32,000 bases of DNA from Cylindrospermopsis raciborskii Cr2010 (GTDB lineage Bacteria; Cyanobacteriota; Cyanobacteriia; Cyanobacteriales; Nostocaceae). The notes under the pieces are model-generated. The model had not been told where the DNA came from, ran no database searches, and saw only the letters and a list, made by a program, of their open reading frames with translations. This document shows positions 25,596 through 32,000 of the stretch, piece after piece. The number at the start of each line of letters is the position of its first letter. The stretch's first letter is position 1. The DNA lies in NCBI RefSeq assembly GCF_003367075.2, contig NZ_CP065936.1:3725846-3757845 (forward strand). Reading direction: 5' to 3'. Made by a program: the position numbers and the translations under genes.

Positions 25596-27593
25596 ATGGC
25601 CCAATTTACTCTCCAAGCTCCTTTTTCCCCCACCGGAGATCAACCCCAGGCGATCGCTCAAATGATTAAGAACATTGAAGGGAAACAGCGGTATCAAACT
25701 CTACTGGGTGCGACGGGAACGGGCAAGACCTTTTCTATTGCAGCAGTGATAGAGAAGGTGGGCAAACCCACCCTGGTGCTGGCCCATAATAAGACCCTGG
25801 CGGCCCAGTTGTGTAATGAGCTGAGGGAGTTTTTTCCCCATAACGCGGTGGAGTATTTTGTCAGTTATTACGACTATTATCAACCAGAAGCCTATATTCC
25901 CGTTACCGATACATATATAGAAAAAACATCAGCTATTAATAGTGAAATAGATATGCTGAGACATTCTGCGACACGATCTTTGTTTGAGAGGGAAGACGTG
26001 ATAGTTGTAGCATCTATTAGTTGTATATATGGTTTAGGTATGCCTGCTGAATATTTAAAAGCAGCAATAACTTTAGAAATAGGAATGGAGATAGATCCCA
26101 GAGAGGTAATAAGGAAACTAATCTCCGTGCAGTATAGTCGTAACGACATAGAAATTGGACGAGGTAAATTCCGAGTTCGTGGGGATGTGATAGAAATTGG
26201 GCCTGCGTACGAAGATAGAATTGTGAGAGTGGAATTTTTTGGTGATGACATAGATGCCATACGTTATGTGGATCCGGTGAATGGAGAAATTATGAGTAGT
26301 TTAGAAAGGATAAGTATTTATCCTGCACGTCACTTTGTCACCCCAAAAGAGAGATTAGAAATTGCCTGTTTAGAGATTTCTGATGAGTTAAAAGCATATA
26401 AATTAAAATTGGAAGAATTAGGAAAATTAGTTGAGGCACAAAGAATAGATCAACGGACGCGTTATGATATAGAACTGTTAAGAGAAGTAGGATATTGTAA
26501 CGGCGTAGAAAATTACTCCCGTTATTTAGCAGGGAGACAAGCAGGAGAACCTCCAGAATGTTTAATTGATTATTTTCCCCAGGACTGGTTATTAGTAATT
26601 GACGAGTCTCATGTTACTGTTCCCCAAATTCGGGGGATGTATAATGGTGATCAAGCCAGGAAAAAAGTTTTAATTGATCATGGTTTTCGGTTGCCTAGTG
26701 CGGGGGATAATCGTCCTTTAAAAGCTGAGGAATTTTGGCAAAAAGTGTCTCAGTGTATTTTTGTTTCAGCCACTCCAGGCGATTGGGAAATAGAAGTTTC
26801 GGGTAAGAATATAGTAGAGCAGATTATCCGACCTACAGGAGTGTTAGATCCACAGATTTACGTTCGTCCCACAGCTGGACAGGTGGATAATTTGTTGGGA
26901 GAAATTCACGAGAGAGTGGATAATAATGAACGGGTGTTAATTACTACCTTGACTAAGAGAATGGCAGAAGATTTAACTGAATATTTAGAAAATAGATCCG
27001 TTCGGGTGAGATACTTACATTCAGAAATTAATTCCATTCAGAGGATTGAAATTTTACAAGATTTGAGAAATGGCAGTTTTGATGTTTTAGTAGGTGTCAA
27101 CTTATTAAGAGAAGGTTTAGATTTGCCAGAGGTTTCTCTTGTGGTAATTATGGATGCAGATAAAGAGGGTTTCTTACGTGCAGAACGCTCCTTAATTCAA
27201 ACCATTGGTCGTGCAGCACGTCATCTGCGCGGTAAGGTAATTATGTATGCTGATAATTTGACTGGTAGTATGATCAAAGCCATTGAAGAAACTGATAGAA
27301 GAAGGGGAATTCAAATGGCCTATAATAAAATACATAATATTACCCCCCAACCGGTTTTTAAAAAATCTGGTAACTCTATTCTCTCCTTTTTAGATGTTTC
27401 GCGACGCTTAAATGCCAATGATTTAAAGCTGGTGGATGAACAATGGCATGATTTGAATTTGGAGGAGATTCCACAACTGATTACTACCCTAGAAAAACAA
27501 ATGCACGATGCTGCTAAAAAGATGGAGTTTGAACACGCTGCCAAACTGCGCGATCGCATTAAGTCCTTGAGGGATAAAATACTGGGTAAGTGA
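25596..27593 (+). CDS. uvrB: Excinuclease ABC subunit B
   Basis: The Walker A motif GATGTGKTF is present. So are [10 protein letters not shown], the DEAD-like DESH box, helicase motifs and the C-terminal UVR domain ([12 protein letters not shown]). Confidence 0.95.
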   Translation: MAQFTLQAPFSPTGDQPQAIAQMIKNIEGKQRYQTLLGATGTGKTFSIAAVIEKVGKPTLVLAHNKTLAAQLCNELREFFPHNAVEYFVSYYDYYQPEAYIPVTDTYIEKTSAINSEIDMLRHSATRSLFEREDVIVVASISCIYGLGMPAEYLKAAITLEIGMEIDPREVIRKLISVQYSRNDIEIGRGKFRVRGDVIEIGPAYEDRIVRVEFFGDDIDAIRYVDPVNGEIMSSLERISIYPARHFVTPKERLEIACLEISDELKAYKLKLEELGKLVEAQRIDQRTRYDIELLREVGYCNGVENYSRYLAGRQAGEPPECLIDYFPQDWLLVIDESHVTVPQIRGMYNGDQARKKVLIDHGFRLPSAGDNRPLKAEEFWQKVSQCIFVSATPGDWEIEVSGKNIVEQIIRPTGVLDPQIYVRPTAGQVDNLLGEIHERVDNNERVLITTLTKRMAEDLTEYLENRSVRVRYLHSEINSIQRIEILQDLRNGSFDVLVGVNLLREGLDLPEVSLVVIMDADKEGFLRAERSLIQTIGRAARHLRGKVIMYADNLTGSMIKAIEETDRRRGIQMAYNKIHNITPQPVFKKSGNSILSFLDVSRRLNANDLKLVDEQWHDLNLEEIPQLITTLEKQMHDAAKKMEFEHAAKLRDRIKSLRDKILGK

Positions 27594-27713
27594 ACGTTCA
27601 CGGGTAAATCCCTAGGTTTTGTGTACCGGATTTGCATCTGAATATGACATAATGGTTCAAGCTATGGAAAAATAATCAATCTAAATCACTCTAAACTGCT
27701 GAGGAACTAAACA

Positions 27714-28598
27714 ATGGGATATGTCATTGCAACTGCAAATATGAAGGGAGGAGTAGGTAAAACTACGGTGACTGTTAATTTGGCAACTTGCTTGGCTAAA
27801 CATCATGGTAAAAAGGTGCTGGTTCTTGATTTAGATAGTCAAATCAGTGCGACCTTGAGTCTAATGTCACCGGGAGATTTTGCCAAACGTCGTAAACAAA
27901 GAAAAACCCTGAGATATTTATTAGATGAGGTAATTAATCCTGATCCTCAACCTGAATACAAAATTCATGATGTCATTGAGCCCGAATTGTGCAAGCTACC
28001 AAGTTTGAGTCTCTTACCAGGAGACATTGACCTATATGATGAATTTGTAGTTTCTGAAATGTTACACAATCAAGCTGTAGCTCTGGAAGAACGAGATTTT
28101 GAAACTATTTGGAATCGTTTTGAAAGGGTCTTAGTTAGGGATATTTTACAACCCGTTCGTGACCAATATGATTTTATTCTTTTAGATTGTGCTCCTGGTT
28201 ATAACCTGATGACTCGTAGTGCTTTGGCCACTAGCGATTTTTATTTGCTCCCTGCTAAACCTGAACCTCTTTCTGTTGTCGGTATTCAATTGTTGGAAAG
28301 ACGTATTGCTAAGTTGAAGGATAGTCATGAACATGAGGCCAAAATCAATATCCAAATGCTCGGTATTGTATTTAGCATGTGTAATACCAATATGTTAACT
28401 GGTAGATATTATAAACAAGTCATGCACAGAGTTGTAGAAGATTTTGGTGTAGAAACTATTTGTCAAGCACAAATCCCTGTTGATGTGAATGTGGCTAAGG
28501 CAGTTGATAGTTTTATGCCTGTAACCTTATTGAATCCTAGTTCATCTGGATCTAAGGCGTTTATTCATTTAACTGAAGAGCTGCTACGCCGTCTGTAA
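27714..28598 (+). CDS. ParA/MinD-family P-loop ATPase (orphan; no adjacent partner gene)
   Basis: The deviant Walker A motif NMKGGVGKTTVTVNLA and DLDSQ are present, with Walker B at FILLDCAPG. A GAGGAA Shine-Dalgarno precedes the ATG. Confidence 0.85.
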   Translation: MGYVIATANMKGGVGKTTVTVNLATCLAKHHGKKVLVLDLDSQISATLSLMSPGDFAKRRKQRKTLRYLLDEVINPDPQPEYKIHDVIEPELCKLPSLSLLPGDIDLYDEFVVSEMLHNQAVALEERDFETIWNRFERVLVRDILQPVRDQYDFILLDCAPGYNLMTRSALATSDFYLLPAKPEPLSVVGIQLLERRIAKLKDSHEHEAKINIQMLGIVFSMCNTNMLTGRYYKQVMHRVVEDFGVETICQAQIPVDVNVAKAVDSFMPVTLLNPSSSGSKAFIHLTEELLRRL

Positions 28599-28614
28599 CT
28601 ACATAGGTCATGGG

Positions 28615-31600
28615 CTATTGTAGTTTAATGCCTAAAACTTGAGTGTAAGCACCTCTGGCTTGGGTTACACCTATTGTTCTTTGGGCAGACTCTATCATAG
28701 GACGACGCAAGCTGACCACAATAAACTGTGCTTGTTCTGCTTGTTGTTTAATCATTTTTGCCAATCTTTCAACATTAGCACCATCTAAGAACATATCCAC
28801 TTCGTCAAAGGCATAAAATGGCGATGGGCGATAACGTTGGAGGGAAAAAATAAAACTGAGCGCTGTCAATGACTTTTCTCCCCCGGACATAGAAGCTAAA
28901 CGCTGCACAGGTTTACCCTTGGGATGGGCAATCAGGTTTAAACTGCTATTAGAAGGATCCTCCGGATTATCAAGTTGTAAATATCCATCCCCATCTGATA
29001 GGGTGGCAAAAATTGATTGAAAATTCTCATTAACTGCATCAAAGGCTTCTTTAAATGCAATTTGACGTAGTGTGGTAAAGTTTTCAATCCTTAATAACAG
29101 TTCTGTTCTCTCTGCTTGTAGAGTATTTAGCTTTTCTGTTAGCTCTTTTACTCTTCCCTCAACTACCTCATAGTCAGTTAATGCCAACATATTAACTGGT
29201 TCCATTAACTGTAATCTTCTACCCAAACTGCGCAGCTCCTTTTGTAAATCTTCCAAGTCCACCTTATCAGGTACTTCTGGTATGGGATTGGGCAATTCTG
29301 TTCCCAGAGTTTGCAGTTGACCGTGTAGTTCGGTTAACTGTTCGCGTCGTTTCTCTTGAGTCTGTTGCAGTTTTTCAATTTCCCATTGTAATTTTTGCTG
29401 GGATAGGATCATATCCCTTAATTCTTGCTCTGTCCTATCTCTTTTCCTCTTCTCGTCACCTAGATTCTCCTCAATTTCCCTTAATCTGGATTGGATATGG
29501 ATAATTTCTTGGGTTAGTTCCTCAACTTGATGGTTAACTGCGGACTGTTGATTAGTTAGAGTGATCTGGTCACCCTCATATTCCCCAACTCGCATTTGGG
29601 CTTCTCTAATTTTCTCTTCTAACCGCTGTTGTTGATTCCCCAAGTTTTGCAGTGTCTGCTCCATCTCCCTGACAGTGTTATCTTTTTGTTGTAATTGTTG
29701 CTCCCAACTTCTAATGGTAGTTTGGATTTCTTGCCATTCCCTAGGGGTTTGGGAGGCTTCCAATTCCGCCAGATTATGTCGTAATTGTTGCAATTGTTCT
29801 TCTTGAGTTGGCAGTTCCCGATCTAAAATTTCTAACCGGGTTTGAGCATAATTGACTTTCTCCGTATTTTGATGGAATTGTAAACGGGTAGTTTCCACTT
29901 GTCCATGCAAGTTATGGACTTCTTTCTTGAGCTGCTCTAAATACAACTGTTGCTCTCTACGTCCTTGTCTAGCTTCTGTTAATTCTAATCCCAGTTGTTT
30001 GCTGCGAGGGATTAAAGTGACTATAGCTTCCGCACAACGTTCTAAAACCCTATCAATATCTGCCAATCTAGTTCTTAAATTAATGAGTTCTTCTGATTCC
30101 TTACCCTCTCCAGTATCGAACTTTAAACCAGAGCGTTGAGTCTGACTACCACCTGTCATCGCACCGCTAGTTTCTAATAATTCCCCTCCCAGGGTGACGA
30201 TTCGATATAGTCCTAATTGGTTTCTGGCCTGTTCCAAAGTTTTGAAAACCACCGTATTACCAAAAACATATTTAAATACCTCCTGATAGCGGTCATCACA
30301 TTCTACCAGGTTCATGGCATATTCGACAAAACCATCAACATAACGAAGAGTTAAATCAGGAGTAAATTTAGAAGCTTTTATTTTATTTAAAGGTAAAAAG
30401 GTAGCTCTACCGGCACGTTTTTGTTTTAACAATTCAATTCCTGCTGAAGCCACACGTTCATCTTCCACCACAATATGACCTAGTCTTGCACCTGCAGCGG
30501 TTTCTAGGGCTAGATGATAGCGGGAATCAACCTTGCCCAATTCCACCACCAGCCCACATAATCCTGGTAAACCAGACTGAATAATAACCTTACTGGCTTG
30601 AGTTCCTTGTACTTCTTGTTGTGCTTGAGTTTGGGCCTCCAGTTTATCCAAAAGTCTTTGTTTTTCCCGCTGTTCTTGTAACAGTCGCTTTTGTGTATCC
30701 TGTTGGATTTGTAATTCCTGCTCTGCAGCTGCTAGTTTAGTTGCCAGATTCTCAATTGGTGTGGTAGAACTATTAAACTCAAGGGTTAATTCTTGGCATT
30801 CCGCTTGTTTTTGAGCTAATTGTGGTTCTAAAACACTCACAAGCTCTGATTGTTCCCGAATTAGTTCCCGTAACTGAAAATTTCTCTCTCTTAATTGGGT
30901 TTGTTCCGTTCTTTGAGGTTCTACGGTTTGTAGCAAAGTCTCAATTTGACGATTAACAGACGACTGTTGTTGTACCCAGTGTTCAGAAGCAGTAGCAATT
31001 TCCGCCGCAACTTGACGGTAAGATTCTAACTGTGCCCTTGTTTGTTCACGTTCCTGTTGGTGATGGCTTAAAGTTGAACCCTCTAAAGAGTATTCTTGTT
31101 GATTTTGTTGCAAAACAGCCTGGTATTCTTCTATTTCCCCTTGGGTTTGATGGAGTTTTTTGATTGTCTCTTGTAAATGGGATGCTATTTCATTTTGTCG
31201 TCTATATAGTTGTTTACGTTCAGCTTCTTGATTAGCAAGGGTAGATTGAACTGCCAAAAGCTGATCTTCCCCTAGGGATTTAACGAGGATATTCAGTTGG
31301 TCCAATTGGCTATTTTGGTCTTGGATGTTTTGATTAGTTTGAGTTAAACTCCCAGTCAGTTGATTAGATGTTGCATCTCCAGCTTGAATATCCGTAGCCA
31401 ATTGTTCCTGTTTGGACTGGAGAGAGCGCCAAGTTAAAACCAATTCCCAGGACTGTTTCTCTTGCAACTCTTTTTTAATTTGCTGGTATTTCTCTGCTTT
31501 TAGTTTATCTTGGTATAGACGATCTCGCTGTGCAATTAACTCACCTTCAATAATTCTACAGCTGTCTTCCTTTTCCTTAACTTCTTCCAGAGTCCCTTTA

Positions 31601-32000
31601 GCTTGGTTGATTTTTCTGTCATACGCTGCAACACCAGCCAACTCATCAATAATTTCCCGTCGTTCTTTCCCATTCATGGAGATAATGCTGGTGACATCAC
31701 CCTGTAACACCACATTATAACCCTCTGGGTAAATTCTTAATCTTTCTAACTCTTCATGTAATTCCGTCAAAGTACAGGAACTGCCATTAATGTAATAGTT
31801 AGAGGTGTAACTACCCTGGGAATTGACCCGTAAACGTCGAGTCACACTCCATTGTGTTAAGGTAGGAGATTTATTTTCCTGTCCGTTTTGTGTAACTTCC
31901 TCTGTAACCTCTGGGGGTGACACCATATCAGAGATATCAAAGGTGACGGTTACAATGGCTTCAACAGAATTGCGCCCTTTAGCAGTTTGATTGTTGTTAA
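28615..32000 (-). CDS. smc: Chromosome segregation protein SMC; the N-terminal head (Walker A) lies beyond the window end
   Basis: The frame stays open upstream of the track's Met out to position 32000 (...NNNQTAKGRNSVEAIVTVTFDISDMV...). Long coiled coils are present, with a hinge (GLCGLVVELG ... GRATFLPLN). The signature motif LSGGEKSLTALSFIFS and Walker B FYAFDEVDMFLD are also present. Confidence 0.92.
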   Translation of the reverse strand, partial: NNNQTAKGRNSVEAIVTVTFDISDMVSPPEVTEEVTQNGQENKSPTLTQWSVTRRLRVNSQGSYTSNYYINGSSCTLTELHEELERLRIYPEGYNVVLQGDVTSIISMNGKERREIIDELAGVAAYDRKINQAKGTLEEVKEKEDSCRIIEGELIAQRDRLYQDKLKAEKYQQIKKELQEKQSWELVLTWRSLQSKQEQLATDIQAGDATSNQLTGSLTQTNQNIQDQNSQLDQLNILVKSLGEDQLLAVQSTLANQEAERKQLYRRQNEIASHLQETIKKLHQTQGEIEEYQAVLQQNQQEYSLEGSTLSHHQQEREQTRAQLESYRQVAAEIATASEHWVQQQSSVNRQIETLLQTVEPQRTEQTQLRERNFQLRELIREQSELVSVLEPQLAQKQAECQELTLEFNSSTTPIENLATKLAAAEQELQIQQDTQKRLLQEQREKQRLLDKLEAQTQAQQEVQGTQASKVIIQSGLPGLCGLVVELGKVDSRYHLALETAAGARLGHIVVEDERVASAGIELLKQKRAGRATFLPLNKIKASKFTPDLTLRYVDGFVEYAMNLVECDDRYQEVFKYVFGNTVVFKTLEQARNQLGLYRIVTLGGELLETSGAMTGGSQTQRSGLKFDTGEGKESEELINLRTRLADIDRVLERCAEAIVTLIPRSKQLGLELTEARQGRREQQLYLEQLKKEVHNLHGQVETTRLQFHQNTEKVNYAQTRLEILDRELPTQEEQLQQLRHNLAELEASQTPREWQEIQTTIRSWEQQLQQKDNTVREMEQTLQNLGNQQQRLEEKIREAQMRVGEYEGDQITLTNQQSAVNHQVEELTQEIIHIQSRLREIEENLGDEKRKRDRTEQELRDMILSQQKLQWEIEKLQQTQEKRREQLTELHGQLQTLGTELPNPIPEVPDKVDLEDLQKELRSLGRRLQLMEPVNMLALTDYEVVEGRVKELTEKLNTLQAERTELLLRIENFTTLRQIAFKEAFDAVNENFQSIFATLSDGDGYLQLDNPEDPSNSSLNLIAHPKGKPVQRLASMSGGEKSLTALSFIFSLQRYRPSPFYAFDEVDMFLDGANVERLAKMIKQQAEQAQFIVVSLRRPMIESAQRTIGVTQARGAYTQVLGIKLQ

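Noticed and set aside
27590-27601. Perfect 12-bp palindrome GTGAACGTTCAC spanning the uvrB stop codon
   Set aside because: It can form at most a 4-bp stem around a 4-nt loop and has no U-tract. It is more likely coincidental or a protein-binding palindrome that I cannot support.
25701-27637. Minus-strand ORFs 25701-25883, 25892-26260 and 27320-27637
   Set aside because: All are antisense within uvrB, whose identification is unambiguous, and none has independent support.
27714-28614. Interpretation of the ParA-like gene as McdA of a carboxysome-positioning McdAB pair
   Set aside because: No McdB-like small ORF follows it, since smc converges 16 nt away, and no carboxysome genes are nearby. 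It cannot be distinguished from other ParA clades by eye.
1037-31720. Remaining short overlapping ORFs from the track: 1037-1219, 2751-2933, 7170-7394, 10323-10520, 13087-13308, 17772-17981, 17978-18178, 18290-18472, 18890-19105, 19472-19669, 19836-20021, 21924-22190, 23114-23398, 29927-30139 and 31412-31720
   Set aside because: Each lies inside a longer, motif-supported gene, either antisense or in an alternative frame. All are 60-102 aa with no recognisable features.
1-32000. Search for CRISPR arrays, transposases, integrases, tRNA/rRNA genes, prophage or classic defence modules
   Set aside because: No regularly spaced direct repeats, DDE or tyrosine-recombinase motifs, tRNA cloverleaf candidates in the spacers, or restriction-modification, toxin-antitoxin or nuclease-helicase gene pairs were seen. 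The window is mostly core genome.

Overview
This is a 32-kb stretch of a cyanobacterial chromosome. That assignment rests on at least 14 copies of the HIP1 palindrome GCGATCGC, a phycobilisome linker gene and small thylakoid-type proteins. The AT-rich, Nostocales-like flavour is only an impression, and the genus cannot be fixed without a search. About 27 protein genes are present, mostly housekeeping: ROK kinase fragment, cpcL-type linker, RCK potassium channel, ATP-grasp ligase, pyruvate-kinase-like gene, histidine phosphatase, queF, yciI-like gene, glyS, murD, ilvA, MATE exporter, peroxiredoxin, PPK2, ABC1 kinase, TPR protein, uvrB, ParA-like ATPase and smc (runs off the window). Two genes are missing from the ORF track. 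One is an SRP (4.5S/ffs) RNA with its own sigma70-like promoter at 8817-8958. The other is a 59-aa single-helix membrane protein at 24740-24919. I saw no transposase, integrase, CRISPR array, tRNA or rRNA. Four regions do not look like routine core genome. (1) A tightly packed cassette at 9418-11738 holds two diverged tandem paralogs of unknown function plus a xylose-isomerase-like TIM-barrel enzyme, directly upstream of glyS; this is my best candidate for an undescribed system. (2) A 117-aa protein consists of five exact 19-residue G-x-R-P-[IV] repeats. (3) Phased GTTACAT (HLR1/RpaB-like) boxes lie between that gene and the small membrane-protein gene. (4) Structured ORF-free spacers sit at 4794-5308 and 18513-18616. 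All product names come from motif recognition by eye; no database search or folding program was run.
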